This document shows, piece by piece, positions 27,590-39,221 of a stretch of 64,000 bases of DNA (position 1 is its first letter; every line of letters starts with the position of its first letter). This stretch comes from Ruditapes philippinarum (Eukaryota), in the NCBI RefSeq assembly GCF_026571515.1, contig NW_026854044.1, forward strand, positions 186,001 through 250,000, written 5' to 3'. The translations under genes and the position numbers were made by a program. Below the pieces are notes generated by a model. That model saw only the letters and a program-made list of their open reading frames with translations, was not told the DNA's origin and did not search any database.

Positions 27590-30513
27590 ATGTCAGGAGG
27601 TATGTATATATATTCTACCATAATAATGATGATGATGATAATAATAATCTGTGAAAAAGAGAGAAAAGTTTGATTTTTAAAAAGCTAAGTTTTTTTAAGA
27701 TTATAAAATCCTTGACCCGACATTTGTGCAATTTGATTTTATCTCTTTTAACTTATTACTGAAACAAGTTATTATTCCTTACATGATCATATTTTGTCTT
27801 TCAGTTTTAACAGAACGGCTTAAAGATGGTGGAACTATTTTATGTGCTGAGGGTTATATGTGGGAAGTCGAACGACGCGGATTTTTGGCCCTCGGAAACT
27901 TTTTACCGGAAGTAGTACTTGAGCGTCCGTCGGTAATCCGATCGGTGCATGAAGAATTTGTGTTTTCCGGAAGTGACGTTGTAGAAGCATTTACAGTATG
28001 TATCTTTTCTGTGTCTCTATTTTCTTTCATAATCATGATTGATTCTGATTTTCATGAATTAATTATAAAGATAAATATTAAATTAATTTTGCAAGCATAT
28101 GCAATTTCGATTCAAAACACAATAAAATAAAAATAACAAACTACCATTGCATATAGTACTACGCTCACAGAGGCCAAATGGCGCGTCTAGGCAGAAACGA
28201 TGTGGTCGAAAAGCTCAATAGAGACGCACTGCGCATAGCACGTGAAGTAGCAGACGAATATGGCAAACTTATGGCGGGAAATATTTCAAACACGCCCCTG
28301 TACGTACCAAACGACCCGGTGGTTTCACAGACAATCTATGACATGTACAAGGTAAAGCTAATCATAACTTGGCGATTAAATGAAGGGACACCTTTCAGAG
28401 TGATCCTTCAATATCTACACATATTGAACAAATGATAGAGATGAACATATACTTCAATTGTTAAAAAAAGAAAGAACAACAAAAAAAACTAGCTGGCAAT
28501 ATGTTGTCATTATTTATCGAAGTTGCATCACCATCTACGACTAATCTAGCACAGCTGTCTCCTTACTGCCTTGCTGTCCAAATAATACAGTGGTTAAGTA
28601 CTTTCCCACCAAAAATTGGAGACGATATAGCAACATTGGAATTTGCGGGGATTGCGATTTTAGCAGGGCTTTGCTGACCGCAATTCCCCAGAAATGAGAG
28701 CCAAAGTTAAACTAATTCATCACCTATTTATGTAAATGAAACAAACGCTCATTAAAATGATATAATACAGTTGAGAAGCCATGTTTGTATTAGTTTTTCC
28801 CCAGGCTACATTTCCATGTACATTTTTTGTTTGTAATGCATCACGCGTATTACCCATATTCGTCATAGATCATTTTTAAACACAGGAACAAATCGTGTGG
28901 GCGGTACAAGGCGGGGCTGATTATATCATTGGTGAAACCCACAGCTCATTTGGCGAGGCAGAGATTGCTCTAAAGGCTATCAAGGAGCACGGGCAAGGTA
29001 AGAGCACGGGCAGGATAGGCAGAAAATGTATTGAGATAGGCGTGTTCAATTGTTGATGGGAGATTCTGATTATTGTATCGTCTGCTAACTCAGATGAATA
29101 TACTTATATTCAGTTAATAATTCGAAAATGAAGTATCACTGCCAATCTCTGTTTTCTTTAAAATATAAAATGTCGTCTGTATAAAAGGGGCCGTCTTCCT
29201 CATTCAGTTATTATTGGTACAAAAACTGAATTATAGATAATTGTTCAACTAACAACGTTGTTTTTATGAACTTTATTTTAGGATTGCAAGCGGCCATTAC
29301 TATGACGGCCTATTTTCCGGACAAGCTAACAGACGAAATTCCTGTAACCGAGGCATGCCGCCGTTTAGAAGCTCAGGGCGCGGCAGTTGTTGGAATAAAT
29401 TGTGCACGAGGGCCCGACACCATGCTGCCTTTGGCCAAGGAAATCCAAAAAGTGTGCAAGGTCAGCAAATAAACATGACTTATTTTGTTATGTTATGTTA
29501 TTTTTTTTTGGCTCTTTTTACCATTAAAATCAAATACAAGAATTAAATATTCTTTCAAAATGAAGTCAGCTGTCTGACACCTGAAACAAATCGAACTTCA
29601 AAGTAAAAAAATGTTTATTAGTTTTTATCTTCAGATAAGACATGAAAAAAACCCAGATAAATAAACAATAATAAATAAAAGATGAATGTTTAGCACAAAA
29701 TAGCATAATTATGTATTTTCTTTCGTCATCTTAGTGCCCAGTGGCCGCCCTCCCCGTGCCTTACAGGTGTACGGAAAAGATGAAAACATTCTATTCATTG
29801 ACAGACCCAAATACAGGTGATCAATTATTTTTTTTATCGAAATTAAGAAAACAAAACAGCTCACGTTCATCGTATTTTTGAAAAAACAGAAGATTTTTCA
29901 CTTTATTGCCATCCTTAAGCTAAGACAATCGTCTTCAAGTGCCTTTCTTCCAGTGTGGACTTAAGCTTTATGGTAAGAATAAGCTTTTGTATTTTTTTTA
30001 AAGTAGAGCTTAAAAACATTAAGAATGAAAATAGGTTTTAAGTATGGTAATGTTATTTTACATAAGAATTGAAATTAACTGAATATTAAACAGTCAAGTT
30101 AAAGTTAAAAAGAAATATGACTTTGATTAGCAGTACTTTCGAATGAGAATGTACAGCTTTATCGTTCTTTGAATCAAACTTGCATTTGTCAGTGATGAGA
30201 TGTTTTAATTATTTCTTTAGGGAAGAATGTGTATCCGGCAGACCTAGACTGTGTCCAGTGTAGCAGAAATGACATTCGAAGGTTTGCAGAGCAGGCAAAA
30301 GAGGCCGGGATACAGTACATTGGACTGTGCTGCGGGAACTCGCCACATCTAACGCGAGAAGTAGCGGAAGTGTACGGAAAGAATCCACCATCTTCAAAAT
30401 ACAGAGTTGATTTTTCGCAAAGTGCGCTTAATGACCCTGATCCAAAATATGCGGAGACATCGAGGAAAAAACGTTTATACATGCTTGGACCAGATGCTAA
30501 GTTTGAATCATAA
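27590..30513 (+). CDS. BHMT: Betaine-homocysteine S-methyltransferase-like (homocysteine S-methyltransferase family), 353 aa
   Basis: Exons 27590-27599, 27805-27995, 28157-28351, 28886-28997, 29282-29460, 29735-29816, 30221-30513 splice in frame (1062 nt). Motifs CAEGYMWEVERRG, HEEFVFSGSDVVEAFTYY, GADYIIGET; Zn-ligand motifs GINC and GLCCG. AATAAA at ~30621 and ~30637. Confidence 0.92.
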
Positions 30514-30741
30514 AACATTTCATAGGGTACTTTAAAAAAATAACTTGGCTAAATATGAGATACTATACATGTAAAATTTTGGCGACATGCGTAATAACTA
30601 CCCTTTTTGTGCCTCATTTTAATAAAAAAAAGGAAAAATAAAGTATTAAAGATGTATATTTTAATTAACGACTATGGGACAAGTTGCTTGCCCAAGTCAT
30701 TTGCATATGAAATCGATAGTACTATTTTAGAGTGACAGGGT

Positions 30742-32787
30742 CACCGTAGGGAACGTGTTACAGTATCGCGTTTTTTTTTTGGTTACAGTATAGAATTTTA
30801 AAGATGGAGGGTTATTTGTTGGGAGGACAGGTAGGTGATTTTTATTCCGGTCCACACTACAAGTAGTTTAGTTTCTAAAAGATGTTGTTGTGCTTTGCTT
30901 GTAAGAAACAGAATCCGGTATCTAGTCATATATTTCTTCAGACTCTGCACCGCAGATTTATCTCTATATTGTCTCATAAATGTGCAGATTTGACAGTTTG
31001 AAAATTTGAATCGAGAGACCAATGCATTTTTCTCCAATTTTGACATTATTTATGCATGCCTAGAAAAAGTAAATCTACAAAACGTTAGTCCTTTATGTTA
31101 GGAAACGTTTATAAAAGTAAATGACCAGTTGAACCTATTTTCCTGTTCGTTAAATGCGTTTGAAAAAATAAACAATGTTACAGTATAGAGCGAGATGATT
31201 TGTGCACGGGTACAGCATAGACCTAGCGATTTTTATCCGATTTTGTTACAGTTTATACCCAGATTTCGGTTACAGTTTAGACTAGATATTTTCTATATAT
31301 ACCAGGTAAAATGTATAAATGTTACATAGACATTTAAATCTCTGTGAGCTTATTGGCCCGATGGCTATTCGTCCGTCTGTCGTACACATGTGTGTGCAAT
31401 CTCATCCGCTCAGTAACTGGTTTCGGTTGCAATCGGGGATACCAAAACATTCAAATCAAATCATGATCATGGCGTTATTTCGAATGCTTCTTTGTTGAAG
31501 TTACGATTATTTTGTTATTATTAATTAAAAGTCGTTTTTTTCTTATTTCATACATCTTGTATAGAAGTTTTCATGTTTCTGAAAAAGAAAATAATGTTGA
31601 AAGCTATAGAGTATAAATTAAGGTCAGACAATTACAATATCTTCTCTAGTGAGCCTGATGGAGGTACATAATAGTGGCAGAGTCGGGATAAGGCTGTCGA
31701 CTTCAAATCATCTTTCACTTACTGCTGTAGTTGAAATCCCATCATGACTTTGGATTCTTTGTATGTGAGGAATCAATCAAGGTAATTTACGGAAGGTCGG
31801 TGGTTCTAGTCAGGTGCCCGCTCGTGTCTGAAATGTTTCACAAAGGGTATCTGGGTATTTCTTTACACTAAAGCAGGAATGTTTTCACATGACCTCAGTG
31901 AAGTTGAAACTTAAAATCCAAGAAAGCCAAACGTAACAAACCCTTTTTAAATACTTATAAAATACATTATTGTAGATGGAAACTCCAACATAAAATAAAA
32001 TTTAAGGTTGCAATTATTGCTCACTTAAATACTGTTTAATCACCCTTATGGTATTGCCTGCTTGTTAATAGTGTCTTTTAAGAGCTTATCTGTGGTATGC
32101 AGGCTTCATAACCTTACTTAATTATTCTGCAAAAAGTCTCAATCTGAAACTTAAAGTAAGGAAAATAGCAAACTATAATTTTTCTGCTGAAGAAAAAAGT
32201 AATACAACCTTTCAAGAATATAATTTATTAAATAGAAAGGTATGGGTTATTTCATAAAAATAATGGATACACGAACTTTGTTTGAAATATGGCAAGTATC
32301 TAAACTGAAACCGAAATCTGGGTATAAACTGTAACAAAATTAGATCAAAGTCGCTAGGTCTATGCTGTAACCCTTCAAAATTAACATCGCTCTATACTGT
32401 AACATTGTTTATTTTTTCAACAGGAAAACAGGTTCAACTGGTCGTTTACTTTTATAAACGTTTCTAAACACAAAGGACTAACGTTTTGTAGATTTACTTT
32501 TTCTAGGCATACTTAAATGATGTCAAATGCATTGGTCTCTCGATTCGAATTTTTGAACCGTCAAATCTGCACATTTATGAGACAATATAGAGATAAATCT
32601 GCGGTGCAGGGTCTGAAGAAATATATGACTAGATACCGGATTCTGAAAAAATCTTTTGGAAACTAAACTATTTGTTCTATGGATCTGAATAAAAAACACC
32701 TACCTCTCTTCCCATAAATAATCCTCCATCTTGAAAATTCTAAACTGTAACCAAAAAACGCGATATTGTAACACGTTCCCTACGGTG
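30742..32787. mobile_element. Transib-like non-autonomous DNA transposon with ~550-bp TIRs
   Basis: CACCGTAGGGAACGTGTTAC...GTAACACGTTCCCTACGGTG termini. 30742-31290 is the reverse complement of ~32290-32787. Perfect 5-bp TSD AGGGT on both sides; CAC ends with a 5-bp TSD match Transib. Confidence 0.8.
31667..31930 (+). mobile_element. tRNA-derived SINE (Meta-type by recall), nested in the Transib-like element
   Basis: GGATTCTTT..TGTGAGGAA...ACGGAAGGTCGGTGGTTCTA..CAGGTGCCCGCTCGTG body; same family as 33064-33560. Confidence 0.7.
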
Positions 32788-33063
32788 AGGGTATTGTTTT
32801 ACTTTTGAGTTAGGAATTGAAACATAAATTGTTGTTACACATGATTTTATTACACATGGTTTTCTTATATAGCGCCTTTGTCTGATAACATAAAACGCAA
32901 TGCAGTGCGTTTTCAATGTAAGGTTAGATTTAAGAAAAGTCGGTAACGGGACTCGTATGCCAGGAAATCTGTATTTCACGGAAATATATTTCGAATTTGG
33001 GCTATAACTGATTTACATTTATTGCAACATGATCACACGTATATTTATATATACATGTAAATC

Positions 33064-33560
33064 GGGGCAACCGTGGTCAAGTGGTTAAGGTCGTTGACTT
33101 CAAACCATTTGCCCCTGACCGAAGTGCGTTCGATTTCCGCTAGGGTCTTTGGATTCTTTCATGTGATGAAGCTATCCCGCTTTCGGAACGTCGGTGGTTC
33201 TACTCATTTACCCGTTCGTGCCTGAAATAATTTAAGAAGAGACATCTGATGTTGTCCTTCACCAATAAAGCTGGAAAAAAGTCATATGACATATGAGTCG
33301 CGTCATGACAAAACCAACATAATGGGTTTGCGACCAGCATGGATCCAGACCAGCCTGCGCATCCGCGCAGTCTGATAAGGATCCATGCTGTTCGCATACC
33401 AACTCTTTTACAAGTAGGGAAACTGATAGCGAACAGCATGGATCCTGATCAGACTGCGCGGATGCACAGGCTGGTCTGGATCCATGCTGGTCGCAAAGCC
33501 ATTACGTTGGTTTTGTCGTGACGCGGCTCATATATTGCGTTGGCGCGACGTAAAATCCAA
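33064..33560 (+). mobile_element. tRNA-derived SINE interrupted by a MITE
   Basis: GTGGTCAAGTGG A box, GTTCGATTTCC B box, Meta-type body; the tail resumes at 33530 after the MITE. Confidence 0.75.
33295..33529. mobile_element. Sola-like MITE (full length)
   Basis: GAGTCGCGTCATGACAAAACCAAC...GTTGGTTTTGTCGTGACGCGGCTC, almost fully palindromic, with a 4-bp TSD ATAT. Confidence 0.85.
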
Positions 33561-33944
33561 TCAAAAATGTAATTCAACCGTTTCACAATTATGATGGTGA
33601 TAACGCATTTGAATTTGATGATGTCAGGATTTTATTACGAAACTACAGCTGCCATGACAACAAATGGTATTATGGTGAAAATCACAATTATTGTGAAAAC
33701 GGAACTTATGGTGACGTCAACGAATAACGCGAGGATAATACTCGTGATGACAAAAGAAGAGTTAGGTATAGTCACACTGTAAAAACTGTTCATTGGCCAT
33801 AGGAATTTCTGAAAAATAAATGCATATTTTCAATATTAAGGTTTATTAAGCATAGATACTTAACAGTTTAATATTAAATACGTTTCATTTAGGAAATACT
33901 GTTTTAAAAACTTTATGAACGTCACTGACAATTAAACTAGAGAG

Positions 33945-34900
33945 TATATAAATAACACATGGGTTTGTGGGTAACAGTAAAAATATCATCCCAAGGAAAA
34001 TACTGTTACCCGAGGCGAAGCCGAGGGTAACAGTTTTTTCCTCGGGATGATATTTTTACTGTTACTCACAAACCCATGTTTTATTTATTTTATTACCCCG
34101 AACAAAAATACTGCAATGATCTAAAATTGTCAACTAAATCTTGAACTGTAACAAAAATAAACCAAGAGTAACAATAACTTAACTGTCCTTACCTTTTAAG
34201 TTTTAAGTGTACTTTAGGCCTACTTGAGAAGTTTTCTTTTTCTTTTATTTTTTATGCAAGTGATGATATCTACAAATCATAAACATACAATAAGCTAGGT
34301 TTTATTCAGAAAACAAAACACTAACCAATTTACACGGTTATGATCTGTGAAATCTGATCCTTCTGTTTCCAGAATATTCTTAGCATGGTTTTTGACAAAA
34401 TAACGATGATATCCTATGTCTATCCACCATATCTGTAACGTTTCACTGATTAAAATTGTTAGATAATCCTTTGTTGCATGCTTAAATCGTCTGCATGTTC
34501 CAGTTTGACACATAATTATTTACATTGCAAGTACTTCCGTTGAAAACGGATGTTCACTTTTTGACTATTCAACAAAAAGATATTTTATACACGAAAAGCA
34601 CACCAGGGTGCAAACAACTAAATGTTATGGGTGTCAAAGTTACTCCAGAGAAAAAATTGATGTCAAATCGGGGTTTAACGTCGAAAATAAGAATGAATCG
34701 AGAAAAAAATGGCGGCCATTTTATTTTATTTTATTTAGAAAATAGACCACGTGACCAGATTTTATACTGTTAAAAAATACTGTTACCTATGTAACAGTAC
34801 AAAATTCTTAGTCACGTGGTACACTTGCATTAACAGTAAAAATAACTCCCAGAGGCCTATGGGAAATTAGCATTACGAAAAAAGTGAGGGGTAATAATTT
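33945..34900 (+). mobile_element. One-ended hairpin element
   Basis: ~60-bp arms around CGAGGCGAAGCCGAG (34010-34025). TATTACCCC after the hairpin is inverted at the far end (GGGGTAATA, ~34888). Confidence 0.75.
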
Positions 34901-35199
34901 AAGATAATATAAGTACAAACGCCACAATAATGTATCTTTAATAATGCGTAATTGTAAACTTAAACGCCGTGTAAGTTTAAATTGCCTTAAGGTTAATAAG
35001 AATGTTTTCATGAAAATTGTATCTATTGAGATAAAATCTAGTTGATAACATTTTTTACGTTACCAATAATTAAAACCATTGAAAAATTGTTCAAACCAAC
35101 ATGCATGCAAATATTTCAACATAAACATACAAGTCACTGATTTATTTCTGATGTGTTCAAATCAAATTATTGTGATTCATACTATGAACAATTTTTATT

Positions 35200-36246
35200 A
35201 TGAGATTCTGTGCTTTTGTTTTAAGGATTCAAAAATGTTTAAGAATATCAAACACATTCAACTTAGTGACTACGACTGTGACCATTACATTACTGTGGAC
35301 AGTTTTATTTTATCATATTTTTCGTGGTCCAGTCTATGTGTCAGTGTCAAAGATCATGTCGTCTGCTATTGAAAATAATTACACCATTTACCGGACATTT
35401 GATAAAGTAAACATTATTGAAATGCCAGTTATTTTAGGCCGGAAGGATATTAGAGGATATGGGAACTGTATTCAAAGGAAACCGGAAGTTGTGATGATCG
35501 GAGTGCCAAAATGCGGAACTGGTTCTGTGCGAACTTTTCTAAACGAGCACCCTTATGTTGCCATGGAGATGAACTCGGAGGGAGTTCAGTATTTTAATTT
35601 AAGATATATGCGTGGACCGGAATGGTATCGGCATCAGATGCCATGCAGTACACATGACCAGCTTACAATTGAAAATTCTCCGCAATATTTTATCAGCGAA
35701 GAAGCCCCTGAGCGTATGTTTAAATATAATCCAAAAATGAAACTGATTCTTACAGTTCGAAACCCAATTTCAAGATTAGAATCCGAGTTTGTTCAAATGG
35801 CAGTCGGACGTCCTCAATTCTTAACAGGAACTACAATAGACGAAAACGTGATTGATCCGGAAACTGGTAAAGTAAATCGCAGAAAAACATTAGTGTCAAA
35901 ATCTATTTATATCAGATATCTTAAGAAATGGTTGGAATATTTTCCCGTAGAGCAAATACATATTGTTGATGGTGACGAATTTGCTAGAAATCCATCAGAA
36001 GAACTAAACAAAATAGAACGCTTTCTAAATGTTGAGAAGTTTTTCAAAAAAGAACATTTTGCGTATGTGGAAAACAGGGGTTTCTTTTGTTTACAAAGAA
36101 AGCAAAGTGTCGAGTGTTTAGAAAAAGGAAAAGGAAGGCTTCATCCATATATAAATCCTAATTTAATGCGAAAATTACAAAACTTTTACGCACTATTCAA
36201 CGAGGAACTATTCACAACATTTGGTAGACGTTTTAATTGGGCATAA
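35200..36246 (+). CDS. Heparan sulfate glucosamine 3-O-sulfotransferase-like (HS3ST1/5-like), intronless, 348 aa
   Basis: N-terminal hydrophobic anchor (VTITLLWTVLFYHIF); PAPS 5'-PSB loop IGVPKCGT; WYRHQMP; 3'-PB motif VRNPISRLES; WLEYFP..QIHIVDG; FFC...CLEKGKGRLHP. Confidence 0.9.
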   Translation: MRFCAFVLRIQKCLRISNTFNLVTTTVTITLLWTVLFYHIFRGPVYVSVSKIMSSAIENNYTIYRTFDKVNIIEMPVILGRKDIRGYGNCIQRKPEVVMIGVPKCGTGSVRTFLNEHPYVAMEMNSEGVQYFNLRYMRGPEWYRHQMPCSTHDQLTIENSPQYFISEEAPERMFKYNPKMKLILTVRNPISRLESEFVQMAVGRPQFLTGTTIDENVIDPETGKVNRRKTLVSKSIYIRYLKKWLEYFPVEQIHIVDGDEFARNPSEELNKIERFLNVEKFFKKEHFAYVENRGFFCLQRKQSVECLEKGKGRLHPYINPNLMRKLQNFYALFNEELFTTFGRRFNWA

Positions 36247-36630
36247 TTTTAAGTTCATTAAAAGTGTCGCTATCTCATTGCTCAAAACTGCCTAAACGTG
36301 ATCAGGTCTGCAGTTAAAAACTATTTTCTTTCCTTTTTTTTGTTAATGTAATGAATTATTTCTTTCCACTGCTGGAGCATATATTATATCGAATTATATC
36401 AATATTCGAAATTCTAAAGAAGAATATATTTAAGAAATAACATCGGCCTGAGAGGTGTATATCGGCTATTTAACACCGGTTTGGAGTTTTGATGCGCAGG
36501 AATTGACCACGAAGGCCGTAGCCGATATACACCTCTCAGGCCGATGTTATTTCGATTCTAACACGATAAATTAAGGAAAATCACTTATGTTATTTTTCAA
36601 GCGGAAATAACTTCCGGTGCCGATTTTCGT

Positions 36631-39221
36631 TTATCACATAATACGCGGCGCAGGAGTGTAACAAGTAGAGATTTTGATGCTAAAGCATCAAGTCGATCGC
36701 CGGATAGAAAATGATTGTATCAACATAAATATAAAAGAATATCAGTTTAATGAATGGTTCAGGTATAAAGAAAAGAGGAACAATATGTTGAGTAACTGTT
36801 TATTCACAATGAAACATCACATATGAAGCAAATTTGCTTATCAATATTGACAAGGAACTGCTACGATTATTAAATAAGCAAGTATTTCGTTAGTTTACGT
36901 AACTTATTATGATTTATGCTAAAGATTTTATTGATAGTATAGATTTCGATATTAAATCAATTAATATTGCTCGATGGCCTACAGGCGGTAAGTAGGACGA
37001 AGTTGTGACCTAGTGGGCCAAGTTCGAATCTTTGAAAACACCTTTTGCAGTTTTCATAAAACTATTTTTTTTATTATTTCTTTTAACTATATGAAACATA
37101 AGTTGATAAATTGTGTTTCATTTATAGCATTTTTTTTATTTTATAATTTTGATTAATTTTGTAAGGCGAGTGATATTCTTGTAATTCTACTTGTAATTCT
37201 ACCTTATACACAGACATCGAAATCCGTTTTGTATACTTCAGAATCGAATATTTGAAAATATATATGTTTTAATTATTGCATGAAACAATGCAATTCTACC
37301 GTAAAAGTGGTATCTGCATAAAAAACATTATTTTTTTGCACTATCGAAAAAATAAACTATTTAGTTGAAATCAATATTCCTGTCGTTACCTACGATATAG
37401 TAAACGTTTAATTGCCTTTCAGTTCGATAGAATATTAACAAAAAGATATTTTATTAGTTTTCTTTATTATGTATCTAATACGACCCGTCATACCGTTTTG
37501 GCAACCTGCGCGACGGAAATCGACGGAATATAACGAAGACGACGATTACCACTATTTATTTCAATAAAGGTGCCTCTTTAACATAAATCTATTTTGTGAT
37601 GTTCAACCTAAACTAAACTATTGAACGTTGACAGAAAGGGCCACGTTTAACCCTTTACCAAGGAAAAATGAAAAGGTTTTGAAAATTTATTTAATTCTTT
37701 AATGTGCAAATTATGAGTATAAAGACCTTTCTAATGATATAAAATATGAAACTGATTAATGAAAGATAACTTTGTAATTATTTATACATTTGCATCTAAT
37801 TAGCCGCCATACTGTTTTCCAACTATTCACAAGTCTTATCAGCAATCTGTTACTATTAATAGATTGTTTAACACTAACATTACAACGTGTAGTCATGTGA
37901 TTCTTACAATAGAACAGGGAGAATCTGTTTGTAATAAGATGAAATAATGAAATATAATAGGTCTCATAAGATATAACAAACAAATAATTTAAATGTGTCA
38001 TTTCAATTATCATTCATGATTTATCAATCATAAAATAGCAACGCTTGACACCTAGAAAAAAAGAAAAGTATCCCTATATTTAATGACTGGTCCATAGGGA
38101 TACGTTATTAATTCATTTTATGAAAATTGTAATCTTGCTTTTTAAGATGTCAATATTTGTATATTTCATTTCATTTAGCAATGTTACTTTATTTTTGAAT
38201 TTTTAAGATTATGAAAAATAATTGTGGTCCTTAATTGTTCAGTAATTGATTTGTTTTTATATTCAGATTTTAAGGCCTTCTCCTACCATAGCTATAATAT
38301 TAAACTGTTACAAATATAGTCTACCGGCGACTAATAAAAACGATATTACACTAGTGTCATTTGCGCTATATTTATACATAGCGTTAAAGCGCGCTAATGT
38401 TAGCGTTGTACACTATAGGCGCGTCATTGAAAAATTACTCATATTAACAGTTTACTGTTCTTATTTTATATATGTGATAAATAGAATATTTAATTTAATT
38501 TTACCCATGAAATATGGTGCTATATCAGTCAAATATATTTCATATTTTTTAAAAATAAATATGAAATATAAAATGAAAGTGGGCGGAGTCAAAACTCATA
38601 TTTATTTTAAGGGACTTCTTTCGCCGTTTTGTTTGAAAAATCTGATGAATACAAAACAACTTTTCTTGAATATTGTTTTGAAAACTATCTAGCATGATAG
38701 AAAGTTGTCTAACTAAGAAAATTAATCCGAACACCAATATCTTTAATTCAGTAATTAACGCTGTACAGACGTTTAAAGAGTTGTTTACATGACGTCACAA
38801 TGTAGCGCCAAACAGCGCGTGCTTACGCATAAATTACTGCGCGCTGTACAATTGCAGTTGGTAGCAAACAAGGGGATTTGTTACCATTTTCTTTGATAAT
38901 GAAATTAAATAAAAAGGTTATTTTTTCGTTTTTCGTGAAATATGATATATATTTTCACTCAACATGATAAAATGCCACATATTTTCACTCGCCGTGCCGG
39001 CTCGTGAAAATATGTGGCATTTTATCATGTTTCGTGAAAATATATTCCATATTTCACGAAACGAAAAAATATCCTCTTAATATTCGTGTAGATTCAATAC
39101 TAAATTTATTAAACTCGTTGAATAAAACAATATTATGCTCGCCAGAGGCTCGCATAATATGATTTTATTCAACTCGTTTAATAAATTTAGTATTAAACTA
39201 CACTCATTCAATATCCTCTAT
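36631..39221 (-). mobile_element. Hairpin element B inserted in A
   Basis: Ends TTATCACATA (36631) and hairpin 39085-39205 followed by AATATCCTCTA. Apex CTCGCCAGAGGCTCG. TATGTGATAA at 38471 is the inner inverted copy of the far end. Confidence 0.7.
38491..39079 (-). mobile_element. Hairpin element C inserted in B
   Basis: Hairpin 38920-39070 with apex CTCGCCGTGCCGGCTCG, ending AATATCCTCTTA. Removing C rejoins B as GATAAATAGAATATT|ATATTCGTGTAG. Confidence 0.7.

Noticed and set aside
30189-30518. Minus-strand 109-aa ORF
   Set aside because: Antisense shadow of the last BHMT exon; likewise 3780-4127, 23287-23544 and 27854-28036 for other exons.
30742-30790. V(D)J-like recombination signal sequence / ProtoRAG end
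   Set aside because: CAC start only; no ACAAAAACC-like nonamer at 12/23 spacing and no RAG-like coding sequence inside.
33200-33521. MDPDQ.../LIRIHAVR ORFs (also near 22.1, 47.9 and 59.5 kb)
   Set aside because: Translations of a palindromic MITE, not genes.
38246-38692. 148-aa ORF as a transposase of the nested elements
   Set aside because: Low-complexity AT-rich translation that crosses the B/C junction and has no recognisable motif.
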